DNA of 64,000 bases from Nitrospirota bacterium (GCA_011620345.1 WOZJ01000015.1:112-64111); one strand, 5' to 3'. Counted from the stretch's first letter, positions 1-9,800 are shown. Translations and numbers: made by a program. Notes: generated by a model not told the origin, from the letters alone.

Positions 1-120
1 AAGACAAAGCGGGTGTTCCGCGTGAATCTCAAGCTCGTGCGCGGAAGGGTACAAGGAAGGGTGGCCAACTACAAGGTTTGCACACGCTGCATCAAGGCCT
101 TCAAGATCGAAAAGCTGTAG
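1..120 (+). CDS. rpmB: 50S ribosomal protein L28, 3' part (truncated by window edge)
   Basis: Frame 1 translated by hand: KTKRVFRVNLKLVRGRVQGRVANYKVCTRCIKAFKIEKL*. Matches the L28 C-terminus with its CxxC zinc motif. Not in the ORF track. Confidence 0.85.
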   Translation, partial: KTKRVFRVNLKLVRGRVQGRVANYKVCTRCIKAFKIEKL

Positions 121-435
121 CCCTTAAAAAACGACTACCTCCAAGGGGCGTCTCTGGGCTCCGAGGTATAAGAATCTTCGAGCAGTCGGCCGCCCAAGCT
201 CTTGAGCATGCAGCCTGGACCACGCTTTAGCCTTGCGTCCCCGCCATTATCGAACAGAGTTATTGCCGACGGATGACACCCCCCTTGGCTCGATGTGGGG
301 ATGGCGTTGGACCAAGGGTCTTGAGCGATTGCGCGTAGTAATAATGGGCAATCGCAAGCATCCCGCTACAGCTACTAGGCTACAGCTATGAGATTAGCCC
401 TAAAGCCCTGTTGGCCTTAAGGCCCCTTTCTTGAC

Positions 436-1869
436 CTAATCAAGCGGCCCGCTGCCTTTTGCGCGGATGAAGGCGATCGCTTCTTGAAGCCGCTTAAGAG
501 CTCTTGACTTGCCCATGGCCGCGATTACCTCGAAGATGCCAGGGGATACGGTGCCGCCTGTCAACGCCACGCGCGCAGGCTGAGCAAGCTCCCCTAAAGA
601 AAGCCCGTAGGCCTCTAGCACCCCAGAAAACGCACGCTTGGCAGCCTCCTCATCGAGCTTTTCTATCTGCTGCAGATTTTCCTTCAGAGCTTCCAGGGCG
701 GACAAGATTTCCGGCCTCAAGTAGCGCTCGGACGCCCTCGGCTCGTACTCCACGTTTTGCGCGTAGTAAAAGCCTATCCAGTCCGCCATCTCGACGAGCG
801 TTTTGGAGCGTTCCCTGAGCGTGTCGATCCTCCCCCAGAGCTCAGGCCCGTTGTCGGCCTCGATCCCTCTTTCCTTCATGAAGGGCAACAGCCTACCCGC
901 GATTTCTTGAACTGGGATGGACTTCATGTAGACATGGTTCAACCAAAGGAGCTTTTGCGGGTTGAACACAGCAGGGGATTTGCCCACGTCTTCGAGCCGG
1001 AACTTCTGGACAAGCTCTTCAAAGCTGAACACCTCCTGGTCGCCGTGCGACCATCCGAGCCTGGCCAGGTAATTGACGAGCGCCTGCGGAAAATACCCCG
1101 TCTCCTTGTAGGCCTGAACGCTTGTCGCCCCGTGGCGCTTGGACAGGCGCTGACGGTCGGCGCCAAGAATCATGGGCACATGGGCGAACTTTGGGGTTGC
1201 AAGCCCGAGCGCTCCGTAGAGTAAGACCTGCTTGGAGGTGTTGACGAAATGGTCGTCTCCCCGGACGACGTGGGTAATCCCCATCTCGTAATCGTCCACG
1301 ACGACACAGAGGTTGTAGGTGGGACTTCCATCCGAGCGGAGCAAGACAAAATCTTCGAGCTCTTCGTTTGCAAACCTAGCAGGCCCCTTGACGATGTCCT
1401 CAAACGTCGTCTCGCCTTCCTTGGGCGTCTTGAACCTCAAGGCATAGGGTGCACCCCCAAGCTCTCTTTCTGAACGCCCATCCCTGCAGGTGCCAGGGTA
1501 TTTTGGGGGCTTTCTAGCCTTCATCTGCGCCTTCCTGGCGGCTTCGAGCTCTTCTTGGCTACAATAACACCTATAGGCTTTGCCCTCCTCAAAGAGCCTT
1601 AGGGCATACTCTCGATATATTTCGATGCGCTTCGACTGGTGGGCGATTGTCTCTCCGTAGTAGTCTAGCCCGAGCCAGTTGAGCGCTTCCAGAATGTTCT
1701 GGGTATACACCTCGCTCGAGCGCTCGAGGTCGGTGTCCTCGATCCTTAAAAGGAACTCCCCTTTGTGTTGTAGCGTAAAAAGGACGTTGAACAACGCCGT
1801 CCTCGCCCCCCCGATGTGTAGGTAACCCGTGGGCGAAGGGGCAAAACGTGTCCGTACTGGGCTTTTCAT
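436..1869 (-). CDS. gltX: Glutamate--tRNA ligase
   Basis: RTRFAPSPTGYLHIG (HIGH motif), RIEDTD, RLSKRHGA (KMSKS-like); 477 aa. Confidence 0.97.
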   Translation of the reverse strand: MKSPVRTRFAPSPTGYLHIGGARTALFNVLFTLQHKGEFLLRIEDTDLERSSEVYTQNILEALNWLGLDYYGETIAHQSKRIEIYREYALRLFEEGKAYRCYCSQEELEAARKAQMKARKPPKYPGTCRDGRSERELGGAPYALRFKTPKEGETTFEDIVKGPARFANEELEDFVLLRSDGSPTYNLCVVVDDYEMGITHVVRGDDHFVNTSKQVLLYGALGLATPKFAHVPMILGADRQRLSKRHGATSVQAYKETGYFPQALVNYLARLGWSHGDQEVFSFEELVQKFRLEDVGKSPAVFNPQKLLWLNHVYMKSIPVQEIAGRLLPFMKERGIEADNGPELWGRIDTLRERSKTLVEMADWIGFYYAQNVEYEPRASERYLRPEILSALEALKENLQQIEKLDEEAAKRAFSGVLEAYGLSLGELAQPARVALTGGTVSPGIFEVIAAMGKSRALKRLQEAIAFIRAKGSGPLD

Positions 1870-1875
1870 GTTGGC

Positions 1876-2574
1876 CTATCGGGTCTTGATTTTAATACCC
1901 GAGGGGGTAATGCCTATATTCAGCCAATCCATCGGATGGGCCATGCCTTCGACCTTGATGATCCGCATTTCGCGCTTTTCTTCGATTTGACGGAAGGAGA
2001 GGACATTCTGTGCATATTTTTCGAGCGCTTGCCTGAATTTATCGAACTCCTGCGACCCTTCTTGGCCCGAGAGTAGGATTAGCACGTTCGTCCCGGCAAA
2101 AAACGCGAGGTTGTTCAGCCAGGCAAGCCACTCTCCAAGCTCACGCCCGGAAAATAGCCCCAGCGTGCTTGCACAAAGATCGCCCACAACGAGCCTTTTG
2201 GGCGCCTTTTCTGCAAAATACTCCCGAATCTCTTGGAGCTGGGCGTAGGGGAAGTACGCCACCCCTTTTAGCTTGGGGAACGGAAAAAAGTGAGGGAAGG
2301 ATTGCAGCGCCCAAAGGTGGCCCTCTTCGATGGCCGCCTCGGCATCCAAGCCGAGAACTTCCAAGTAACGGACCAGCCAGGGGTAGGGGCGGTCAAAAAG
2401 ATGGTACGCGCAAGGCTCCCCGCTATCCAGCCCGGCCTTCAGAAATTGCATCCCAAACAGGCTCTTACCGACTCCAGGCCCGCCGTACGCCAGCGTCAGC
2501 GTGCCTTCGGGGATTCCACCCCCAAGCGTACGGTCAAGCTCAACGATTCCAGTTTGCGTCAAATTCGGCATCAT
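1876..2574 (-). CDS. RecA-superfamily ATPase, single-domain KaiC/RAD55/GvpD-like
   Basis: TGIVELDRTLGGGIPEGTLTLAYGGPGVGKS (Walker A) and a C-terminal REMRIIK..GITPSGI motif. Start moved to ATG 2574 behind an AAGGA SD; the ORF track begins at 2670. Confidence 0.85.
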   Translation of the reverse strand: MMPNLTQTGIVELDRTLGGGIPEGTLTLAYGGPGVGKSLFGMQFLKAGLDSGEPCAYHLFDRPYPWLVRYLEVLGLDAEAAIEEGHLWALQSFPHFFPFPKLKGVAYFPYAQLQEIREYFAEKAPKRLVVGDLCASTLGLFSGRELGEWLAWLNNLAFFAGTNVLILLSGQEGSQEFDKFRQALEKYAQNVLSFRQIEEKREMRIIKVEGMAHPMDWLNIGITPSGIKIKTR

Positions 2575-2648
2575 GTCTTCCTTAAAGTTTGCCTTGTGTA
2601 TTCTCCGCCTCATTATAGCGCCTGGCCAACGCCCGCTCAACGCCGGAC

Positions 2649-3716
2649 CTAGCCTACGAGAATGCGCCAAAACAACCCTTCGTCCTTCGCCCGGCTAAGC
2701 AAGAACGCCGCGGTAAGCCCAAAGGGCCGAAGAAAGCGCCTCCCTAGCCCGGCAAGCGGCACCTGGAGCGCAAGCAACCCGCGTTGGGCGCGCTTGAGCG
2801 AGACAAGCCATTTTACACTGTCCTCGGCCTCGGCGCGCGCACCAGCAATGGCCAAGGCGGCCGCCTCGCCCGAGATGACGGCGGGCCCGATCCCCTCCCC
2901 TGTGAAATCGAGCGCCAACCCAGCCGCTTCGCCGGCCAGGAAGATGTTTTCGAAGGCAAACCCTCTGTAGCACAAATTGATCCCGCTCGAGCGAAACATC
3001 AAGGGCGTCGATGTTCCGAACGCAAGCGAAAGCTTACGCTGAAGGGCTTTCACATCCGGCCAGAAACGACGGCCCATAAGCGGGACGAACCCAAACCCTA
3101 CCTTAGCGTGAGCCTTTTGAGGGAAGAGGTAGGCATACCCAAAGGGAATCTCATCAAAGGCCCCGATCAACAATAGTGTACGGAATTCGCCCTGGACATC
3201 CGCCTGCCAAACGAGGCCCTCAAAGAACGGCATACCGAGGGATCGCCTAACCCTCGAGGTAAACCCGTCCGCTCCCACCAGGTACCGAAAACGAACCGCC
3301 TGGGGAGTGTTGCCAAGGTAGGCTACGCCTGTTTGCCTATCGACCCCCTTTAATGTGCAGCCCTCGTACAACCCGCCTCCCTTCTCCAAAAATTCCCTAA
3401 GCAACGCCTCGAGCCAGGCCCGCTTCGAAAAGGTCCGAACACTGGATGCCGGCAGGGGAAGCGTCTTTTCGAGCAACCGGCCATTTGAGGCTTGAACCCA
3501 AGCGATTCTAGACACCCGCCCATCGCCCGGCAGCGCCTCAAAAAGCGGATGATCCTGGAACCGGCGTGTAATTGCCTCCGCGCAGGGTTTGCATGCCAGC
3601 TCGACCGCTGTTTCCCTTTCCACGATAAGAGTTTTATAACCCTTTTTAATCAAAGTAAGCCCGCAGGCAAGGCCCGAAGGGCCAGCACCTACAATAACGG
3701 CATCCCACCGCTCCAA
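2649..3716 (-). CDS. FAD-dependent oxidoreductase, geranylgeranyl reductase family
   Basis: DAVIVGAGPSG Rossmann motif, KPCAEAI, VGADG, PFGYAYLFP (PxxYxWxFP-like) and LAGEAAG...GEGI; TTG start with AAGGGG SD. Confidence 0.85.
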   Translation of the reverse strand: MERWDAVIVGAGPSGLACGLTLIKKGYKTLIVERETAVELACKPCAEAITRRFQDHPLFEALPGDGRVSRIAWVQASNGRLLEKTLPLPASSVRTFSKRAWLEALLREFLEKGGGLYEGCTLKGVDRQTGVAYLGNTPQAVRFRYLVGADGFTSRVRRSLGMPFFEGLVWQADVQGEFRTLLLIGAFDEIPFGYAYLFPQKAHAKVGFGFVPLMGRRFWPDVKALQRKLSLAFGTSTPLMFRSSGINLCYRGFAFENIFLAGEAAGLALDFTGEGIGPAVISGEAAALAIAGARAEAEDSVKWLVSLKRAQRGLLALQVPLAGLGRRFLRPFGLTAAFLLSRAKDEGLFWRILVG

Positions 3717-3762
3717 GGGACAAATACCCCTTTTAGGTTAAATATCGCGCTCCATCGATGAT

Positions 3763-3792
3763 TTGACACCCCATAATCCGCCTTATTATAAT
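3763..3792 (+). promoter_or_regulatory. Sigma70-type promoter for dnaA
   Basis: Exact TTGACA (3763-3768), 18-nt spacer, exact TATAAT (3787-3792), about 180 nt upstream of dnaA. Confidence 0.75.
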
Positions 3793-3971
3793 GGTTCCCT
3801 GCTGAAAAAGCGACGGCCGGTGGGTAAGCGCCAGTAAAGCAGGTTACCATCAACGGCGGATGCAGGAAACCCTAGCGGAAAGTTAGGGTTCTACATGAGT
3901 TTTATATAATATTGTTATTATATACAGTATACCAAATCACCCCCCTGTAAACCAGCCGTGTTGGAAAAATC

Positions 3972-5303
3972 ATGAATCAGCCCGATACATTGGATCACCT
4001 TTGGGAAGAAGTCCGCCAACATCTAGACCAAATCATCGGAGGGCCTAACGTCGAACGATGGTTCCAAGCGGTCCGCCTCTTGTCGGTCAAAGAGGGAGTT
4101 TATTTACTGGAGGCCTCGCACCCCTACGCAAGGGATTGGATTCAGGCCAATTACCTGGAAATCCTGGAAAAAACCCTTCGCTCCAGGCTCGGCCACGACA
4201 TATCGATATCGATCACCGAGCCGTCCACGACACTCGAGGTGTTAGAATCCAGGAACGTTCAGGCCAAAGTAGCGAGCGGAAACCTGATCGACTGGTATCG
4301 GTTTGAGAGTTTTGTCGTCGGCCCTTCCAACCAACTCGCCCATGCCGCGGCCGTGGCCGTCTCGAACGCTCCAGGCAATCGGTACAACCCGCTGTTTTTC
4401 TATGGAGGAGTGGGCCTAGGAAAAACCCACCTAATCAACGCGATCGGCCATCGAATCCTTGAAAAATTCAGGAACTTCAAGGTGTATTTCATTTCTGCCG
4501 AACGGTTCATGAATGAGCTTGTGAACTCCATCCGAACTGACAGAATCGAGCAATTTCGTGAAAAATACCGCCAGGTTCACGTGCTCTTATTGGACGACGT
4601 CCAGTTTCTCGTCGGGAAGGAAAGAACCCAAGAAGAGCTATTCCATACGTTCAACACGCTTTATGAAACGAAACGTCAGATCGTGCTCACCTCAGATCGC
4701 TTCCCAAAGGATATTCAACAGCTCGACGAGCGCCTCCGTTCGAGGTTCGAATGGGGGCTTATCGCCGACATCAAGCTGCCGGACATGGAAACCCGCCTCG
4801 CCATCTTAAGGAAGAAGGCCCAAAGAGAGGGGATCGAGCTGCCGGACGATGTCGGGCTATACGTGGCAAAGCACATCAAGTCCAACATTCGAGAGCTCGA
4901 AGGCGCGCTCATCCGGGTGTATGCCCACAGCAACCTCACCGGAGAACGAATCACGCTCGAATCGGCAAGAGAAGCCTTGGCCGATACGAACGGTGGACTC
5001 CTGGAGTCCCAAGACATTTCCCTCGAGGCGGTGATCGATGCCGTGTGCCGCCACTTCGGCATCCGGGTATCGGAGATCAAGTCTAAAAAAAGGTCTTCAA
5101 GCATCCTGAAGCCCCGACAAGCGGCCATGTATCTCGCCAGGAAGGTTACCCAGGCAAGTTTACCCGAAATCGGCAAGATTTTTGGGGGCAAAGATCATAC
5201 GACCGTCATGCACGCCGTACGGGTCGTAGAGAAGATGATCGAAAAAGACGAAAAGCTCAAAGGAGCGATCGAGGCGATCGAGCGTGAGGTCCTTTCTCTC
5301 TAA
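3972..5303 (+). CDS. dnaA: Chromosomal replication initiator protein DnaA
   Basis: YNPLFFYGGVGLGKTHL, LLLDDVQF, RLRSRF, NIRELEGAL and domain IV GGKDHTTVMHA. Confidence 0.99.
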   Translation: MNQPDTLDHLWEEVRQHLDQIIGGPNVERWFQAVRLLSVKEGVYLLEASHPYARDWIQANYLEILEKTLRSRLGHDISISITEPSTTLEVLESRNVQAKVASGNLIDWYRFESFVVGPSNQLAHAAAVAVSNAPGNRYNPLFFYGGVGLGKTHLINAIGHRILEKFRNFKVYFISAERFMNELVNSIRTDRIEQFREKYRQVHVLLLDDVQFLVGKERTQEELFHTFNTLYETKRQIVLTSDRFPKDIQQLDERLRSRFEWGLIADIKLPDMETRLAILRKKAQREGIELPDDVGLYVAKHIKSNIRELEGALIRVYAHSNLTGERITLESAREALADTNGGLLESQDISLEAVIDAVCRHFGIRVSEIKSKKRSSSILKPRQAAMYLARKVTQASLPEIGKIFGGKDHTTVMHAVRVVEKMIEKDEKLKGAIEAIEREVLSL

Positions 5304-5304
5304 C

Positions 5305-5535
5305 TCCCTGTGGAAAACATGTGGAAAACCTGTGCATATCCTGTGAATCTCGAGTGCCCCTTCTGTGGAAAAAAAGATATCCACAAGACACCGAAGAGTT
5401 TTCCATAGCCTTTCCCCAGGCTCGAAACACCCAAAAGGGGGTCTGTCGAGCCCGTTTATCGATTTTTTCCCACTTTTCCACAGGCCCTTATTCTTCTTAA
5501 ATCTGTAATTATTTAAATACCTAAGAAGAAGAGAA
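5305..5535. other. Replication origin oriC (DnaA boxes plus DNA-unwinding element)
   Basis: Between dnaA and dnaN. Consensus boxes TGTGGAAAA at 5309, 5320 and 5364 and TTTTCCACA at 5474; near-matches TGTGCATAT 5331, ATATCCACA 5377 and TTTTCCATA 5399; then GGCC, CTT-ATT-CTT-CTT and an AT-rich tract at 5499-5519. Confidence 0.88.
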
Positions 5536-5586
5536 GGGATCCGAAAAACGATAAAACAAGAAAAAATATTAGCCAAGGAACAAGCC

Positions 5587-6759
5587 ATGCAATTCGACAT
5601 TTCCCGCAAAGAGCTCCTAGACAGTCTCGTACTCATCCAGCTCTCCGGCAAGGCCCGTCAGCCGAGCCCAATATCTCAGTTTCTCAAGATCGAGGCCAGC
5701 ACACCGGACTCCCTCACTCTATCTGCATGTGACCTTGAAATCTTCTTCAACGCCAGGGCAAACGCAGACATCGCCACAGAGGGAAGTTGCCTCTTGCCCG
5801 GGCGGAAGCTCTACGATCTCCTTCGGCACTTGCCCGAGGGACCAATTCGCTTTCTTCTCGAAGAGAACGCCTACGTCTCAATCCAATGCAAAAGCTGCCA
5901 TATCCGCCTTGCCGGCTCCTCTACAGAGGAGTTTCCCTCGTTCCCAGAGCCGCACAAAGAGGCCCAAGCAAGCCTCTGTCTACCGCTTGAAGACCTCTCG
6001 GACATGCTCAAGACGGTTCTATTTTGCGTCAACGAAACGGACGCTAGAACTGCCCTCACGGGGGTTCTCGTACAAACCGTTGTCTCCAAAAAAGACCCGT
6101 CTATCTACTACCTTCGAGCCGTTTCTAGTGACGGCCATCGTCTAGCCCTGAGCCAGGTCCCGCTAAAAAACTCTCCAACGGGCCTATTCCCAGAAAAGGG
6201 GGTTCTCCTGCCAAAAAGGGCATGCCAAGAAATCGTAAGGCTTTCGCAAAACAAAGAAGACCGGCTGAGCCCTATTTCTGTCGAATTCCTACCGTCCCTT
6301 GTCCGAGTTTTCACGGATAGGCTAAGGTTCATATCGCGATATGTCGAGGCATCCTTTCCCCCCTACCAAGCCCTCCTAGATAGGCCATCGGCCACGACTC
6401 GTGTTAAACTGAAGCGTCAGGTACTTTTGGACTCGCTCAAGCGATTCCAGGCGTTCACCTCGCCGCTCTACCCAGACCTTTCCTTCCAGTTTTCCCCTGA
6501 ATGCATCACTCTAAAAAGCTACAACCCGGAGGTGGGCGAGATGCGCGAAGAGATTCCCCTGAGCGAAAACCCTGGAGAGCCGCTTTTGATTTCCTTCAAC
6601 GCACGTTCCATGCTAGAATGTTTAATGGCTTTCCCAGGACAAGAAGTATGGATTTCGCTTTGGGGAAGAGAAGAGCCCACAATCCTTCGCTCTTTGCCGT
6701 TGAAGGAGCGGGGCGAGTTGCTTACGTTGATTATGCCCATGCAGGGCCCTGAGTCTTAA
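5587..6759 (+). CDS. dnaN: DNA polymerase III beta sliding clamp
   Basis: LSACDLEI, LPGRKLYD, SSDGHRL, ISFNARSMLE and C-terminal LIMPM; position after dnaA/oriC; sequence looks divergent. Confidence 0.93.
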   Translation: MQFDISRKELLDSLVLIQLSGKARQPSPISQFLKIEASTPDSLTLSACDLEIFFNARANADIATEGSCLLPGRKLYDLLRHLPEGPIRFLLEENAYVSIQCKSCHIRLAGSSTEEFPSFPEPHKEAQASLCLPLEDLSDMLKTVLFCVNETDARTALTGVLVQTVVSKKDPSIYYLRAVSSDGHRLALSQVPLKNSPTGLFPEKGVLLPKRACQEIVRLSQNKEDRLSPISVEFLPSLVRVFTDRLRFISRYVEASFPPYQALLDRPSATTRVKLKRQVLLDSLKRFQAFTSPLYPDLSFQFSPECITLKSYNPEVGEMREEIPLSENPGEPLLISFNARSMLECLMAFPGQEVWISLWGREEPTILRSLPLKERGELLTLIMPMQGPES

Positions 6760-6782
6760 CATGCAAGGATGCGCCTTTTCTC

Positions 6783-6857
6783 GGGCGGTTAACTCAGTGG
6801 TAGAGTGCCACCCTCACAAGGTGGAAGTGACTGGTTCGAACCCAGTACCGCCCACCA
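6783..6857 (+). tRNA. tRNA-Val(CAC)
   Basis: GGGCGGT...ACCGCCC acceptor stem, D-arm AACTCAGTGGTAGAGT, anticodon arm CCACC-CTCACAA-GGTGG, T-loop GGTTCGAA, encoded CCA; 75 nt. Confidence 0.96.
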
Positions 6858-6879
6858 CGTCCTAAAAAAACCGGCTCAC

Positions 6880-9800
6880 ATGCCCTTGATTCTCCAAAAC
6901 CGTACCCAGATCTTAATCCAGGGGGCCATAGCAAAGGCCTTCTTTACGGCAAAGCTTATCAAGGAGGCACCCGGAAAGGTCTACTTCATCGCCATCCAAA
7001 ACGCCCAAAGCCTCCGAAACTTCCTTAACCTTCTGAAGGTCTTTTTAGGGCCAGGCACTCCCATTGCAGCTGAAGGTGCCTTTATGTGGTTTGAAGGGAA
7101 AAACGAAATTGCCCGTGCTTGGTTCTTAAACCGCCTAGCCACACCCTCCTTAGGCGTGCTCTTTCTTCCCGACGAGCTTTTGAAGCAAAAACTTCCCAGT
7201 CCAGCGGCCTACCGCAAGCTTGTCCTGTCGCTCGAAACCGGCGCCAAGATAGGCCAGGAGCACGTACTCGAACTGCTCAAGAGTTGGGGCTATGATATGG
7301 CCTTCCAAGCGGCCATGCCGGGGCAAATGGCCAAACGCGGGGGAATTCTGGATGTCTTTCCCCCGGGAGAGGAAGGACCCCTAAGGTTCGATTGGTTTGG
7401 GGGAACGCTCGATTCCATCAGGCAATTCGATGCCGAAACCCAAAGAACTGTGGCAAAGCTAGGGCGTGTAACCCTCAGGCCGGCCCTCGTCCCTGCGGAA
7501 GCACAGGGCAGTTTTTTGTCCCACCTTCCGGCAGAAAGTGTACTCGTTGTGGAAAATGTGGAAAACCTTGTGGATAATCGCGACGAACCCGCAAAAAACC
7601 CCCATCCATTTAATTGTTTTACTGGCCATGTGACAGCATTCGGTCCTGTCCACCGCCAAGAGGTGCTTGGAATATCCAGGACCATTCGACCGAGAACCAA
7701 ACCTTTCGCATCATTGGTAATTACAGCGCCAAACCATACAGAAGGAAGCCTTAAAGGACGGCTTGTCGAGTGGGTTTCCGCACTCACCTCACAGGGTCTG
7801 CGTGCCGTTTTGCTTTTAAGAACCCAACCACAAGCCGAGCGGGCCTCTTACCTCCTAGGACAGGCCAAGATCTCTTGCCGCATTCAACCCGCTCTCTGTG
7901 ATGGGGCAAGCTCTCTCCGTGTGGATCAAGAGAAAGTCATCGCTCTCGTATGTCCGGTAGAAGAAACGGGCGAGGTTATCGAAGATGAAGGGTTGGCTTT
8001 TTTAACCGAGCAGGAGCTATTCGGGAAAAAGCGTGTCCAGGCAGCCCCAAAACACCGGGCCGATGGGCTCTTCTCGTTCAAAAATCTAAATGTCGACGAG
8101 CCTTTGGTCCATATTGAACATGGCATCGGGCTTTACCGTGGGCTAAAGGCTCTTACGGTCCTAGGGGTCGAGAAAGAGTTTATAGAGCTTCTTTACGCCA
8201 AGGGAGACAAACTGTTCATCCCTGTCGAAAAATCCGGCGTTTTGATGCGCTATTTGGGAGGAAATGGCCAAACCCTAGAGCTCGCTACCTTGGGGAGCAA
8301 GGAGTTTGAGAGGGCGACAACCAAAGCCAAGAAGCGTATCCTCGAAATGGCCCAAGACCTCGTTAAGGTTCAGGCAGAGCGGGACCTTGCCAAAAAAGAC
8401 CCCTACATCGTCGAAGAAGCGCTCCTTCGAGAGTTTGAATCGCTTTTTCCTTACGATGAAACCCCAGACCAATCCAAGGCCATCGAGGAGGTCTATAGAG
8501 ATCTTGAGTCTGAACGTCTGATGGACCGGCTCATCTGCGGCGATGCAGGTTATGGAAAGACCGAAGTAGCCATGCGCGCCGCGTTCAAGACCGTTCTTGC
8601 GGGAAAACAGGTTGCCATGCTTGCCCCCACAACAGTGCTTGCTTACCAACATCTCCAGACGTTTAAAGACCGCTTTCGCTCGTTTCCTGTACACATCGAA
8701 GGCCTGAGCCGCTTTAGCTCTCCAAAGGCCATACGCTCGGCAATCCGTGGGATCTCCGATGGAAAAGTGGACATCGTTATCGGAACTCACCGCATGCTCG
8801 AAAAGGATGTTACCTTCAAAAACCTAGGTCTTTTGGTGATTGACGAGGAGCAGCGGTTTGGTGTAACCCACAAAGAACGCCTCAAGCAGTTAAAGACCGA
8901 GGTGAACATCCTTAGCCTCTCGGCCACTCCAATCCCTAGGACGTTATACATGAGCCTGTCGGGGCTCAAAGACCTCTCGATTCTTCAAACGGCCCCCTCC
9001 GAGCGTCAGCTTATAGAAACAAGGCTCTTACCCTTTTCGGAAGGAGTCATCAAGGAAGCGATCGACAAAGAACTCCAGAGAAAAGGCCAGGTGTTCTTTG
9101 TGTATAACAGGATCGATGAGCTCGAAAAATTCGCCAAGTTCCTTTCTCTACGTTTTCCGAGTGCAAAAATCGGAGTTGGGCATGCTCGGATGGACGAGGC
9201 AGAGCTTGAGGCAGTCATGGTAGATTTTTTCACAGGGAAGTTGGATATCCTCGTTTCAACCTCTATCGTAGAGTCCGGGCTGGACATCCCGACAGCAAAC
9301 ACGATGATCGTTCATAGGGCGGATCTTTTCGGCCTTTCGCAGCTCTATCAGCTCAAAGGGCGAGTTGGCAGGTCCAAGCAAAAAGGCTATTTCTACCTGC
9401 TCGTCCCCCAAGAGTCTGCGTTGACCAAACATGCCCAGGATAGGATGGACGCCATCTTGGCACACGATACAATGGGATCGAGCTTCGAGCTTGCCGTCCG
9501 AGACCTCGAGGTTCGCGGGGCGGGCAATATCCTTGGCCGGGAGCAGTCCGGGGTAATCCAAGAAATTGGGCTCGAGATGTATTTTAAACTCCTAAAGGAT
9601 ACGCTAGAGAATCTATCAAAAAAAGAAAGCGAGAAGCCCTTCTGTTCGTTTGAGCCAGAGCTTAAGCTCGAGGCCGAGGCGCTAATTCCTGCCCACTACA
9701 TGCCAGAAGAAAGAGACAGGCTCTACCACTACAGGCAAATCGCCACGGCGCCAAGCGAGCAGACGCTCGAGCGTATCCTCGAAGAAATGAAAGACCTGTA

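Noticed and set aside
222-270. Minus-strand GGCAA...GGGACGCAAGGC resembling part of a c-di-GMP-I (GEMM) riboswitch
   Set aside because: No GNRA-capped stem or second conserved hairpin, and no downstream gene on that strand.
6805-6879. N-terminal extension of mfd in the ORF track
   Set aside because: Lies inside tRNA-Val; ATG 6880 is the first plausible start.
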